From an uncultured Spirochaetales bacterium (lineage in GTDB: Bacteria > Myxococcota_A > UBA9160 > SMWR01), in assembly GCA_964494795.1 (NCBI GenBank), contig CAZBSV010000181.1:4591-68590 (forward strand): a stretch of 64,000 nt of DNA. Direction: 5' to 3'. This document shows, piece by piece, positions 9,434 through 18,531 of this stretch (positions are counted from its first letter, which is position 1; the number at the start of each line of letters is the position of its first letter). Below the pieces are notes generated by a model. That model was not told where the DNA came from, ran no database searches, and saw nothing but the letters and a program-made list of their open reading frames with translations. A program made the translations under genes and the position numbers.

Positions 9434-9649
9434 ATGGACAGGCGATCGCTCGAAAAACTGCGAACGGACCGGCGCCTCGCCGGGCGAAAGGGCTGGATGA
9501 AGGCGACAGAGCTCGATCGCGAGACCCAGAATCTGCCCGATGCCAGCGGAAAGATCGCCGCCGAGGAGAAAAAACCCGATTCGCGTGATGCGGGCGGGAG
9601 CTCGTCCCCGGTCGCACCCCGCACCCGCAGCGGGCTCGACGCCGCGTAA
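9434..9649 (+). CDS. small hypothetical protein (71 aa)
   Basis: This is the C-terminal part of track ORF 8528..9649. ATG 9434 is preceded by GAGGAA at a spacing of about 7 nt. Third-position GC is high. Product: MDRRSLEKLRTDRRLAGRKGWMKATELDRETQNLPDASGK.... It ends 18 nt before the next gene. Confidence 0.4.
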   Translation: MDRRSLEKLRTDRRLAGRKGWMKATELDRETQNLPDASGKIAAEEKKPDSRDAGGSSSPVAPRTRSGLDAA

Positions 9650-9667
9650 CCGACAGGGCCAGCGCCC

Positions 9668-10303
9668 ATGATCAAGCAGCGATTGGGAGATCGGCTCGAC
9701 GGATGGATTCAGACGGCGTTTCCGTTCCTGTTCGTGCGTCCGCTGAACCCCAATCTGCTGACGTCGATCGGAGCGATCGGTTCGATCGCGGCGGCGGCTG
9801 CGTTTGCGTGTGGCTGGCTCGTCGCGGGCGGCATCCTCATGCTCGCCAGCGGCTTCTTCGACCTCGTCGATGGCGTCGTCGCTCGGCATCAGGGAATCTC
9901 GACGCGCTTTGGCGCGTTCCTCGACTCGACGTTCGACCGGCTCGCCGATGTGGTCGTGCTCGTCGGCCTATCGATCCACTTCGCGCAAATCGGGGAGCCT
10001 GGCCACGTGCTCCTCGCGGGCTTCGCACTGACCGCGACGGTTCTCGTCTCCTACGCGGCGGCTTGTGCGAAAATCAGCCTGCCCGCGGGCATCAATGTCG
10101 GCTTCTTCGAGCGCGGCGAGCGCGTCGGTCTGCTGGCCGCGGGCGCGATTCTCGGCTTCGTCGTGCTCGCGCTGTGGATTCTCGCAATCGGCAGTAGCCT
10201 GACGCTCGCGCAGCGCTTCGCTCGAGCCTACCGTGAAATGGGGCGGCTCGACGCCGAAGAGCGAGTCCGCGCGGAGGATCGAGCCTGGAGGACGCAACTC
10301 TGA
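9668..10303 (+). CDS. CDP-alcohol phosphatidyltransferase family protein
   Basis: 211 aa, polytopic. Carries the signature D-x2-D-G-x2-A-R-x8-G-x3-D-x3-D, seen as FDLVDGVVARHQGISTRFGAFLDSTFDRLAD. Confidence 0.88.
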   Translation: MIKQRLGDRLDGWIQTAFPFLFVRPLNPNLLTSIGAIGSIAAAAAFACGWLVAGGILMLASGFFDLVDGVVARHQGISTRFGAFLDSTFDRLADVVVLVGLSIHFAQIGEPGHVLLAGFALTATVLVSYAAACAKISLPAGINVGFFERGERVGLLAAGAILGFVVLALWILAIGSSLTLAQRFARAYREMGRLDAEERVRAEDRAWRTQL

Positions 10304-10632
10304 TGTCGAACGAAGAGACCAAGAGTGGATCGGGCTTCACGATGAACGATCCCGAGGATCCGCGGAAAAGCGGCGGGCAGCCCGCGATCGATTTCTCGAC
10401 ATTCGTGCTCTCGCTCGGAACGACCGCTCTGTATCAACTCGGAATGATCGGAGACGCCGAGAGCGACACGGAGGGGCGCGTCGAGCCCAATCTCCCGATC
10501 GCCCGCCAGACCATCGACACCCTCGAAATGCTGATGGAAAAGACCCGCGGCAACCTGACGGACGCCGAATCCAAGCTTGTCGAGAGCATCGTCTACGAGC
10601 TGCACATGAGGTTCGTCGAGGCGCGCAAGTGA
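10303..10632 (+). CDS. DUF1844-like small protein
   Basis: 109 aa. The core IDFSTFVLSLGTTALYQLG...PNLPIARQTIDTLEMLMEKTRGNL matches my recollection of the DUF1844 family. There is a 1-nt stop/start overlap upstream and a 4-nt overlap with ispE downstream. Confidence 0.6.
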   Translation: MSNEETKSGSGFTMNDPEDPRKSGGQPAIDFSTFVLSLGTTALYQLGMIGDAESDTEGRVEPNLPIARQTIDTLEMLMEKTRGNLTDAESKLVESIVYELHMRFVEARK

Positions 10633-11612
10633 CTACGCGGGCCGGGCCCGCGCGCCGCAGCGTTCGCTGTCACGCGCCCGGCAAGATCAATCTCGGACTG
10701 CGCGTCGTCGGCCGGCGGGCTGACGGCTACCACGAACTCGTGAGCTTGTTCGCGCCGCTGGACTTCGGCGACGAGGTAGAGGTCGCGATCGCAGATTCCG
10801 CGGCACTCGAGATCGAGATCGCGGTCGAGGGCGCGTGCCCAGCAGTTCGGGCCGATGACTCCAATCTCGCGCACCGGGCCGCGCGTGCCTTCGCGGAGGC
10901 CGCGGGATTGAGCTGCCGAATCGAGCTGCGGATTACAAAGCGCCTGCCGGTTGGCGCCGGCCTCGGAGGCGGCTCCAGCGATGCGGGCGCCGTGTTGCGC
11001 GCTCTCGGCGAACTCTTCCCGGGAGAATTGGAAGATTCGCGGCTGGCCGCGATCGCCCTCGAACTCGGAGCGGATGTGCCGTTCTTTCTCGATCCGCGCC
11101 CCGCGATCGTCACGGGCATCGGCGAGCGGCGCGAAGCCGTGACCGGCTTGCCCGCACTCGCCGTCCTACTCGCAAACCCAGGCATCGCGCTGGCCACCGC
11201 CGATGTATTCCGAACCTACGCGGCGATCCAGCCCGCGTTGACGAAGTCGCCCCCCGACCGTAGGATCCCGCCGCCTCGCGGGGCGCTGGGCGCGGAGGCG
11301 TTGGGCGCGGGGGTGCTGGGCGCGGGGATGCTGGGCGCGGAGGCATTGGGCGCAAAATTGGCGTTTACGGGAGTGGCCGGGCTCAGCCTCGAAAACGACC
11401 TCGAACCGATCGCCGTCCGACTCTGCCCGCCGATCGCGCGGCTGCAGAGACAGCTCCGAGCGGTAGGCGCTCAGGCGGTCGGAATGTCCGGCAGTGGAGC
11501 GACGGTTTTCGGCCTCTTCGAATCCGCGGCCGCGGCCGAGCGCGCGCTCGAAAAGGCGGCCTTCGAGCCGCCCGTCTGGGCGCGGGTCGCATCGACACAG
11601 GAATCTCGTTAG
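10629..11612 (+). CDS. ispE: 4-diphosphocytidyl-2-C-methyl-D-erythritol kinase
   Basis: Read in the frame of track ORF 10233..11612, starting at GTG 10629. GHMP-kinase motifs are APGKINLGLRVVGRRADGYHEL, KRLPVGAGLGGGSSDAGAVL and MSGSGATVFG. It contains an in-frame repeat insertion. Confidence 0.9.
   Translation: MTTRAGPARRSVRCHAPGKINLGLRVVGRRADGYHELVSLFAPLDFGDEVEVAIADSAALEIEIAVEGACPAVRADDSNLAHRAARAFAEAAGLSCRIELRITKRLPVGAGLGGGSSDAGAVLRALGELFPGELEDSRLAAIALELGADVPFFLDPRPAIVTGIGERREAVTGLPALAVLLANPGIALATADVFRTYAAIQPALTKSPPDRRIPPPRGALGAEALGAGVLGAGMLGAEALGAKLAFTGVAGLSLENDLEPIAVRLCPPIARLQRQLRAVGAQAVGMSGSGATVFGLFESAAAAERALEKAAFEPPVWARVASTQESR
11286..11354 (+). repeat. 15-bp tandem repeat, about 4.6 copies, in frame inside ispE
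   Basis: CTGGGCGCGGAGGCG-like units encode GALGAEALGAGVLGAGMLGAEALGAK. Confidence 0.85.
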
Positions 11613-11663
11613 GCTGACCGCCTCCGAATCGCGGGCTAGATTCGGCCCCGGAGCACCCAGATC

Positions 11664-12602
11664 ATGCAGCGCGCAAAGCTCTTCGCGGGCAACTCCAATC
11701 CCCAGCTTGCAGAGGCCGTGGCTCGCCACCTCGACACGCAACTCGGCAAGGCCGAGGTGGGCACCTTCAGCGACGGTGAGGTCAGCGTCGAGATCCACGA
11801 GAACGTCCGCGGTATGGACTGCTTCGTCATCCAGTCGACGTCGTCGCCCGCGAACACCCACCTGATGGAACTGCTGATCATGATCGATGCGCTGAGGCGC
11901 TCTTCCGCGAAGCGCATCACCGCGGTGATCCCCTACTACGGTTACGCGCGACAAGACCGCAAGGTCCGGCCGCGCGTTCCGATCTCGGCCAAGCTCGTAG
12001 CCGATCTGATCGGTGCGCCCGGAACCGATCGCCTGCTCTGCATCGATCTGCACGCGGGGCAGATCCAGGGATTCTTCAACATCCCCGTCGACAACATCTT
12101 TGCAACGCCCGTGATGCTCGAAGAGATCAAACGGCGCTACGACGGCCCGCTGACGATCATCTCGCCGGATGCCGGAGGCGTCGAACGGGCGCGCGCCTAC
12201 GCGAAACGGCTCGGTGCGAATCTCGCGATCATCGACAAACGTCGCGAAGCTTCGAACGTTGCAGAGGTGATGAACATCGTCGGCCATGTGAAGGGGCAGA
12301 CCTGCGTGATCGTCGACGACATGGTGGATACGGCGGGAACGCTCGCCGAGGCGGCCCGGGCGCTCGACCGGGACGGTGCACAAGCCGTATACGCGGTGAT
12401 CACCCATCCGGTGCTCTCGGGGCCGGCCGTCAAGCGCATCGCGGAGAGTCCGCTCCAAGAACTCATCGTCACCGACACGATCCCGCTGCGACCTGACGCC
12501 CGGGATTGTCCCAAATTGCACGTCATGACGATCGCTCCGCTGCTCGGGGAAGCGATCCGACGCATCAACAACGAAGAGAGTGTGAGCTCGCTCTTCGTCT
12601 AA
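11664..12602 (+). CDS. prs: ribose-phosphate pyrophosphokinase
   Basis: 312 aa: [48 protein letters not shown], and the PRPP loop [13 protein letters not shown]. Confidence 0.96.
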   Translation: MQRAKLFAGNSNPQLAEAVARHLDTQLGKAEVGTFSDGEVSVEIHENVRGMDCFVIQSTSSPANTHLMELLIMIDALRRSSAKRITAVIPYYGYARQDRKVRPRVPISAKLVADLIGAPGTDRLLCIDLHAGQIQGFFNIPVDNIFATPVMLEEIKRRYDGPLTIISPDAGGVERARAYAKRLGANLAIIDKRREASNVAEVMNIVGHVKGQTCVIVDDMVDTAGTLAEAARALDRDGAQAVYAVITHPVLSGPAVKRIAESPLQELIVTDTIPLRPDARDCPKLHVMTIAPLLGEAIRRINNEESVSSLFV

Positions 12603-12623
12603 GGGCCTGCTGAGGAGAATTTC

Positions 12624-13304
12624 ATGGGTGAATACGCGTTGAGCGTCGAATTGCGAGAAGCACGGGGGAAGGGTGTCGCCCGCAAGCTGCGCGCGGCCGG
12701 TCGCATCCCGGGCGTCTGCTACCGACGCAACGCCGAGCCGGCCCCGATCAGCCTCGATCCGCGCGAACTCGACCTCTTGCTGCGAAAAGCCAGCGCAGGA
12801 ATGAATACGCTGATCGATCTGAAGGTCGCGGGCGGCGGCGACTTCGACGGCCGACAGGTGCTCGTCAAGGAACTCCAGCGCAATCCGATCACCGGCGCTT
12901 TTCTCCACGCGGACCTCTACGCCGTCGACCTGGCGCAGAAGATCCACGTATCGGTTCCCGTCCACCTCAAGGGCACGGCCGCCGGCGTCGCAATCGGCGG
13001 CGGCATCATGGATCACGCAACCCGCGAGCTCGATGTCGAGTGCCTGCCGAACGCGATCCCCGAGGAATTCGCGGTGGACGTGAGCGCGCTCGAGATTGGC
13101 GACTCGATCCACGTTCGCGACCTCGTCGTTCCCGACGGTGTAGAAATCCTCAATGACCCGGACGTCTCGATCGTGTCGGTGGTCGCTCCCGCAGCCGCCG
13201 AAGCAGCGGCGCCCATCGAAGCTGCCGCGGCAGGAGAAGCCGCTGCGGGCGCCAAGGCCGAGGCGACTGCCGAGGCGAGCGCCGAGGACAAGAGCGACGA
13301 CTGA
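12624..13304 (+). CDS. rplY: 50S ribosomal protein L25 / general stress protein Ctc
   Basis: 226 aa: REARGKGVARKLRAAGRIPGVCY, LVKELQRNPITGAFLHADLY, then an Ala/Glu-rich tail. Sits in the conserved prs-ctc-pth context. Confidence 0.9.
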   Translation: MGEYALSVELREARGKGVARKLRAAGRIPGVCYRRNAEPAPISLDPRELDLLLRKASAGMNTLIDLKVAGGGDFDGRQVLVKELQRNPITGAFLHADLYAVDLAQKIHVSVPVHLKGTAAGVAIGGGIMDHATRELDVECLPNAIPEEFAVDVSALEIGDSIHVRDLVVPDGVEILNDPDVSIVSVVAPAAAEAAAPIEAAAAGEAAAGAKAEATAEASAEDKSDD

Positions 13305-13318
13305 CGCGGCGATCTGCG

Positions 13319-14065
13319 ATGAAGATCGTCGTCGGACTTGGGAATCCGGGCGCGCGCTATGCGGCCACGCGCCACAACATCGGAGCTCGGATCGTCGATC
13401 GATTTGGCGTCGAGAGCGGCATCGCGCTGACGCAGCGCAGATTCGCGGGCCGCTTCGGGCAGGGGCGACTCCGCGGCCGATCGCCTGAACGGCTGGCGCC
13501 CAACCAGTCTGATCTTGAAATCGAGTCCGATCCTGAAATCGAGTCTGATCTTGAAATCAAGCTTGATCTTGAAATCAAGTCCGATCTTGAAATCAAGTCC
13601 GATCTGGAAATCGAGTCCGATCTTGAAATCAAGTTCGATCTTGACGTCGGACTGCTCATTCCCGAAACCTACATGAACCGTTCTGGTGAAGCGGTCGCCG
13701 AGGCAGTGCACGGCCTGCCGATCGAAGACGTGCGCGGAGACCTGCTCGTCGTCGTCGACGATCTCGACCTTCCCTTCGGTCGATTGCGCATTCGACAGCG
13801 AGGCAGCTCAGCGGGCCACCGAGGGCTCGAAGACATCGCCGATCGGCTCGGCACCGCCGATTTTGCGCGTCTGCGCTTCGGAATCGGGCGGCCGGCAGCC
13901 GAGAACAGCGCCGTGCCTTGGGTGCTGCAAGCCTTCACCGACGCGGAAGAATCCCTGCTGCCGGAGCGCATTGCGCTCGCCGCCGAGGCCATCGGCGCGA
14001 TCTTGATCGACGGCGTCGCTCCCTCGATGAATCGCTACAATCGCGGCCCCGAAGAGGAGGCTTAG
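13319..14065 (+). CDS. pth: peptidyl-tRNA hydrolase carrying a repeat insertion of about 50 aa
   Basis: MKIVVGLGNPGARYAATRHNIG..., ETYMNRSGEAV, VVVDDLDLPFGRLRIRQRGSSAGHRGL, RLRFGIGRP. At 248 aa it is longer than the roughly 190 aa usual for Pth. Confidence 0.93.
   Translation: MKIVVGLGNPGARYAATRHNIGARIVDRFGVESGIALTQRRFAGRFGQGRLRGRSPERLAPNQSDLEIESDPEIESDLEIKLDLEIKSDLEIKSDLEIESDLEIKFDLDVGLLIPETYMNRSGEAVAEAVHGLPIEDVRGDLLVVVDDLDLPFGRLRIRQRGSSAGHRGLEDIADRLGTADFARLRFGIGRPAAENSAVPWVLQAFTDAEESLLPERIALAAEAIGAILIDGVAPSMNRYNRGPEEEA
13508..13645 (+). repeat. 18-bp tandem repeat, about 7.7 copies, in frame inside pth
   Basis: TCYGATCTTGAAATCRAG units encode (S/L)DLEI(E/K) repeats (SDLEIESDPEIESDLEIKLDLEIKSDLEIKSDLEIESDLEIKFDLD). 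The stretch is visibly AT-richer than its flanks. Confidence 0.95.
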
Positions 14066-14071
14066 CGCGTC

Positions 14072-15355
14072 TTGAGCGAACCGAAAAAGCGCGGCTTCAT
14101 CAATATCCTTCAGGAATTCTCACTGCCACTGTTATCGGGTGTGGTCGTGGCCATGATCTGGGCCAACCTGGATTACGAATCCTACGAGCACATCATCCAT
14201 TGGGTACCGATCCCCGATCTCGAGATCTTCGGTCACCGGGTCACGCATCATTGGCTCGTCAACGACATCTTCATGGTGTTCTTTTTCGGAATTGCCGCCA
14301 AGGAAATCACCGAATCCTGCCTGCCAGGTGGCAACCTCAATCCGATTGCGAAGTCCATCAATCCGCTGCTGGCAACACTGGGTGGAGTCGTCGGCCCGGT
14401 GTGCGTCTTCTTTCTCGGAATGTCGTTCCTCTACGGCCCGACGGACGATCTCGAAATGCTGCGGCGCGGCTGGGGGATCCCGACCGCGACGGACATCGCG
14501 CTCGCGTGGCTCGTCGCGCGAACCGTATTCGGCAAGGGACATCCAGCGATCAACTTCCTGCTGCTGCTCGCCGTAGCTGACGACGCGATCGGTCTCGGGA
14601 TCATCGCGATCTTCTACGGCGATCCGCATCTTCCCGCGCGCCCGGAGTTTCTGCTCCTGATCGCGCTCGGGATGGCGATCGCCTACGGGATGCGCAGGGC
14701 CCGGCTCAAGTCCTGGATTCCCTACATCGCAATCTGCGGGCCCATCTCATGGCTCGGGCTGTCTCTCGCGCACCTCCACCCCGCGCTGGCTCTCGTGTTC
14801 ATCGTGCCGTTTCTGCCCGGACCGCGGCGCGACGTCGGACTGTTCGTAGACGAGGACGAGATCGACCGCATGGGCGACGCGCTCGCCCACGATCTGCACA
14901 TGGGCCACTCTCCGCTGCACCAGTTCGAACACCAGATGAAACTCTTCGTCGATCTCGGACTGTTCTTCTTCGCGTTCACCAATGCGGGCGTCGTTTTCGC
15001 TTCGATCGGAAGCATGACCTGGTTGATTTTCGGATCGCTCGTGATCGGCAAGACGCTCGGCATCACGCTGCTGGGCCTGTTCGCTTCGATGATCGGTTTT
15101 CCGCTGCCCGACCGGATGGGAATTCGCGAACTGATCATGGCCGGTTTCGTGGCGGCGCTCGGTCTGACCGTCGCCCTCTTCGTGGCGGGCGCGGCCTTCA
15201 CGGATCCGAGCCTGCTCGGGCAGGCGAAGATGGGCGCGCTGTTTTCGGGATTCGTCGGCCTCGCGGCCATCCTGCTCGGGCGCGCGCTCGGAATGGGCCG
15301 CCGCGCGGTCGAGCCGGACGCCGCTGCCGAGACCGCCGCGGCTTCGACTTGCTGA
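14072..15355 (+). CDS. nhaA: Na+/H+ antiporter NhaA
   Basis: 427 aa, polytopic: WLVNDIFMVFFFGIAAKEI, GIPTATDIALAWLV, and a further dozen hydrophobic segments. TTG start. Confidence 0.9.
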   Translation: MSEPKKRGFINILQEFSLPLLSGVVVAMIWANLDYESYEHIIHWVPIPDLEIFGHRVTHHWLVNDIFMVFFFGIAAKEITESCLPGGNLNPIAKSINPLLATLGGVVGPVCVFFLGMSFLYGPTDDLEMLRRGWGIPTATDIALAWLVARTVFGKGHPAINFLLLLAVADDAIGLGIIAIFYGDPHLPARPEFLLLIALGMAIAYGMRRARLKSWIPYIAICGPISWLGLSLAHLHPALALVFIVPFLPGPRRDVGLFVDEDEIDRMGDALAHDLHMGHSPLHQFEHQMKLFVDLGLFFFAFTNAGVVFASIGSMTWLIFGSLVIGKTLGITLLGLFASMIGFPLPDRMGIRELIMAGFVAALGLTVALFVAGAAFTDPSLLGQAKMGALFSGFVGLAAILLGRALGMGRRAVEPDAAAETAAASTC

Positions 15356-15469
15356 GTCGAGATTCGCGATTGTCAGCGCTTTCTGACTTAAAAATCTGAT
15401 TTTTTCTCGATAAATACTCGGACAATGCACTATTGACCCAGCATTGACGGAGCCATAGACTCCCGCTTC
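15356..15469. promoter_or_regulatory. AT-rich intergenic island: probable nhaA terminator region plus promoter of the pdxR-like gene
   Basis: Short inverted repeat GTCAG-n6-CTGAC at 15372-15387, followed by TTAAAAATCTGATTTTTTCTCGATAAATACTCGGACAATGCACTATTGACCCAGCATTGACGG. This is the most AT-rich stretch of the window. Confidence 0.4.
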
Positions 15470-16954
15470 ATGCATATCGCACTGGAACGCGGGGCGGCTC
15501 GGGAGCGGCGGTCGGTCCATCGCCAGATCTCCGATCACATCCGGCTCGAGGTCGCCGACGGTCGACTCGAGGCGGGCGCTCGGCTGCCGGCGATTCGCGA
15601 TCTCGCGCGCGACCTCGGCGTCAATCGCGACACCGTGGCCCTCGCCTACGAAGAACTCGTCAAAACGGGAATCGCGGTCTCGACGGTTGGACGCGGCACC
15701 TTCGTCGCACCCGATTGCGCGGGCGATGCGCCGGGCGTCGCCGCTTTCCACCCCGCGCTGTCGCCACTGACGGAGCGTTTGCTCGACTTCGAGCGCGCCC
15801 GACCGCGATTCGGAAGCGCGAGCGATGCCGTCCCGATGCACTCGCTGGTTCCCGACGAATCGCTGTATCCCGCGGAGGAGTTTCGCCGGATCCTCAACCG
15901 CGTGCTGCAGAAAGCGGGACCCGAGCTGCTGCTCTACGGCGAACCCCAAGGCCATCTCGGCCTGCGCGAAGTCCTGGCCGAACGCTTCCAGCGCGACGGA
16001 ATCGAGATCGACGCCAATGGCATCGTGCTGTGCCACGGTGCGAGTCAGGGGATCTCGCTCGGCATGCGGCTGTTCGCGCAGACGGGCGACGTCGTTGCGA
16101 TCGAAGAGCCGACCTACAACAACGCAATCGCAGCGGTTCACGCGCTCGGGCTCAAGATCGCTCCGGTCCCGATCCGCGAAGGCGGTCTCGATCTGGCTGC
16201 GCTCGACCGCATCCTCGCGCAGCCCGAAGTCAAGCTGCTCTACACGATTCCGACCTTTCACAACCCGCTCGGAACGACGACGTCCGTGGATCACCGGCGC
16301 CGATTGCTCGAAATCGCAGCGCGCCACAGCAAGCCCGTCATCGAAGACGCTTACGAAAGCGATCTGCGCTTTGCGGGACGGGCGGTGCCGTCGCTGGCGG
16401 CGCTCGACCGCAGCGGAATCGTGCTGCACCTCTTCTCGTTTTCGAAATCTCTGTTCCCGGGCGCTCGGGTGGGTGCGATCACCGCTCGCGGCCGATTCGT
16501 CGAAGCCCTGCTCGCACTCAAGCAGGCGACGGATCTCTCCGACGCGCTCCCCCTCCAGGCCGCGCTCGCCGAATTTGCGGCATGCGGAGCCTACGATCGG
16601 CACCTCGGCCGCGTGCGCCGGGTGCTGCGCGAGCGCTGCGATGCACTCGTCGCGGCCCTCGAAACCGAGATGCCGAGGGGCACGCGCTGGACGCGACCCG
16701 ACGGTGGACTCCAGATCTGGGTCGAGCTCCCGGAAGAAATCGATACCAGCGACCTGCTCGCGGATGCAGTCGCCGCGGGCGTGCTGTTTTCACCGGGATC
16801 CCAGTTCAATCACGACGGCCGCTGCTCGAACGGCCTGCGCCTGACTTTTGCAATGGCCGAGCCAGGCGCCCTGCGAACCGGCGTATCGGCGCTCGCCCGG
16901 CTGGTCTCGGAACGACTCGAGGGGAAACCGCGGATCAACCGCGTTCACATCTAA
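15470..16954 (+). CDS. MocR/PdxR-type regulator (GntR wHTH fused to a fold-type I aminotransferase-like domain)
   Basis: 494 aa. N-terminal GntR helix-turn-helix (LPAIRDLARDLGVNRDTVALAYEELVKTGIAVSTVGRGTFVA), then an aminotransferase-like domain (YGEPQGHLGLREVLAERF, PTFHNPLGTT, FSFSKSLFPGARVG). Lies immediately upstream of pdxS-pdxT. Confidence 0.85.
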   Translation: MHIALERGAARERRSVHRQISDHIRLEVADGRLEAGARLPAIRDLARDLGVNRDTVALAYEELVKTGIAVSTVGRGTFVAPDCAGDAPGVAAFHPALSPLTERLLDFERARPRFGSASDAVPMHSLVPDESLYPAEEFRRILNRVLQKAGPELLLYGEPQGHLGLREVLAERFQRDGIEIDANGIVLCHGASQGISLGMRLFAQTGDVVAIEEPTYNNAIAAVHALGLKIAPVPIREGGLDLAALDRILAQPEVKLLYTIPTFHNPLGTTTSVDHRRRLLEIAARHSKPVIEDAYESDLRFAGRAVPSLAALDRSGIVLHLFSFSKSLFPGARVGAITARGRFVEALLALKQATDLSDALPLQAALAEFAACGAYDRHLGRVRRVLRERCDALVAALETEMPRGTRWTRPDGGLQIWVELPEEIDTSDLLADAVAAGVLFSPGSQFNHDGRCSNGLRLTFAMAEPGALRTGVSALARLVSERLEGKPRINRVHI

Positions 16955-16999
16955 CAACGCATGCGCGCGGCTCGCCGCACGCTCGAATCGGGAGGAGTC

Positions 17000-17929
17000 A
17001 TGACAGATCAATCGGGAAACGGAAACGGAACCGGGGATGCGGGAAACGCGAGCGCCAAATCTTTCGAACTCAAGGTCGGGCTCGCCGAGATGCTCAAGGG
17101 CGGCGTGATCATGGACGTCGTCAACCCCGATCAGGCGAAGCTCGCCGAGGACAGCGGCGCGTGCGCGGTGATGGCGCTCGAGCGAGTGCCATCGGACATC
17201 CGACGAGACGGTGGCGTCGCGCGGATGTGCAAGGTGGAAATCATCGAGGCCATCCAGCGCACGGTCTCGATCCCCGTGATGGCCAAGGTGCGGATCGGCC
17301 ATTTCCTCGAAGCGCGGGTGCTCGACGCGCTCGGTGTCGACTTCATCGACGAGAGCGAGGTGCTGACTCCAGCCGACGAAGAACACCACGTCGACAAGAC
17401 GGCCTTCCGATCGCCCTTCGTCTGCGGGGCGCGCGACCTCGGAGAAGCGCTGCGCCGGATTTCCGAGGGCGCGGCGATGATCCGGACCAAGGGCGAGGCG
17501 GGCAGCGGAAACATCGTCGAAGCGGTCCGACATCTGCGGAGCGTTTTTGGCCAGATCCGCTCTCTCGCAGCGCTGCCGGCAGAAGAAATTCCCGCTCGCG
17601 CCAAGGAGTTGCAGGCGCCGCTCGAACTCGTGCGGCGCGTTGCCGCGACGGGGCGACTGCCGGTTCCGAACTTCGCGGCGGGCGGAATCGCGACGCCCCC
17701 CGACGCGGCACTCTGCCGCGCGCTCGGCGCCGAAGCGGTATTCGTCGGTTCGGGAATCTTCAAGAGCGAAAATCCCGCGGTGCTGGCTCGGGCGATCGTG
17801 CGCGCGACCACCCACTGGGATGAGCCCGGAGAACTCGCTGCGGCGTGCCGCGGACTCGGCAAGCCGATGGAGGGAATCGAAATGAAGACCCTCGACGACA
17901 ATCAGCGGATGGCCAATCGCGGGTGGTAG
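17000..17929 (+). CDS. pdxS: pyridoxal 5'-phosphate synthase, lyase subunit PdxS
   Basis: [78 protein letters not shown] 17000 is preceded by GGGAGGAG. Confidence 0.96.
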   Translation: MTDQSGNGNGTGDAGNASAKSFELKVGLAEMLKGGVIMDVVNPDQAKLAEDSGACAVMALERVPSDIRRDGGVARMCKVEIIEAIQRTVSIPVMAKVRIGHFLEARVLDALGVDFIDESEVLTPADEEHHVDKTAFRSPFVCGARDLGEALRRISEGAAMIRTKGEAGSGNIVEAVRHLRSVFGQIRSLAALPAEEIPARAKELQAPLELVRRVAATGRLPVPNFAAGGIATPPDAALCRALGAEAVFVGSGIFKSENPAVLARAIVRATTHWDEPGELAAACRGLGKPMEGIEMKTLDDNQRMANRGW

Positions 17930-18531
17930 CCGCCGACTCACAGAACCGAGACGCCGCCAAGCTGCGCGTCGGCATCCTCTCGATCCAGGGAGCGGTCGAA
18001 CCCCACGCGGCCGCGATCACGCGAGCGGGCGCCGCGTGGGCGCCGGTCCGCCACGAAAAGGATCTCGACGGCCTCGACGCGCTGATCTTGCCCGGAGGCG
18101 AGTCCACCACGATCGCCAAGGGACTCGAGCGCCTCGGCCTCTACGAACCGCTCGAAGCCTTCGCGCATTCGGGACGCCCCGTGCTCGGGACCTGCGCGGG
18201 CGCGATCTTGATGGCGCGAGAAGTCGAGGGCGGTCCGGTCCGGAGCCTCGGACTGATCGACATCGTCGCGGTCCGCAACGCCTACGGGACCCAGGTCGAC
18301 TCGTTCGCGACGCTTGCCGATGGGCAGCTGGAGGGTTTGCGCGCAATCTTCATCCGCGCGCCTCGCTTGAAGCGGCCGGGACCGGACGTGGAAGTATTGG
18401 CTCGGGTCGACGGCTGGCCGGTATTCGTCCGGCAGCGGAACGCGCTCGCGACGACCTTCCACCCGGAGCTCACGCGGGACCCCCGGGTACACGCGACACT
18501 GCTGGAACTCGCGCGCAAGCGCCTGCCCTAG
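17923..18531 (+). CDS. pdxT: pyridoxal 5'-phosphate synthase, glutaminase subunit PdxT
   Basis: [43 protein letters not shown]. The start is uncertain. GTG 17923 overlaps the pdxS stop by 7 nt. Confidence 0.9.
   Translation: MVAADSQNRDAAKLRVGILSIQGAVEPHAAAITRAGAAWAPVRHEKDLDGLDALILPGGESTTIAKGLERLGLYEPLEAFAHSGRPVLGTCAGAILMAREVEGGPVRSLGLIDIVAVRNAYGTQVDSFATLADGQLEGLRAIFIRAPRLKRPGPDVEVLARVDGWPVFVRQRNALATTFHPELTRDPRVHATLLELARKRLP

Noticed and set aside
11166-13112. 648-aa ORF on the minus strand
   Set aside because: It is antisense to ispE, prs and rplY, all of which have unambiguous conserved motifs. The product has no motifs of its own.
14747-16603. 618-aa ORF on the minus strand
   Set aside because: It is antisense to nhaA and the pdxR-like gene and spans their AT-rich intergenic island. 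The product is low-complexity.
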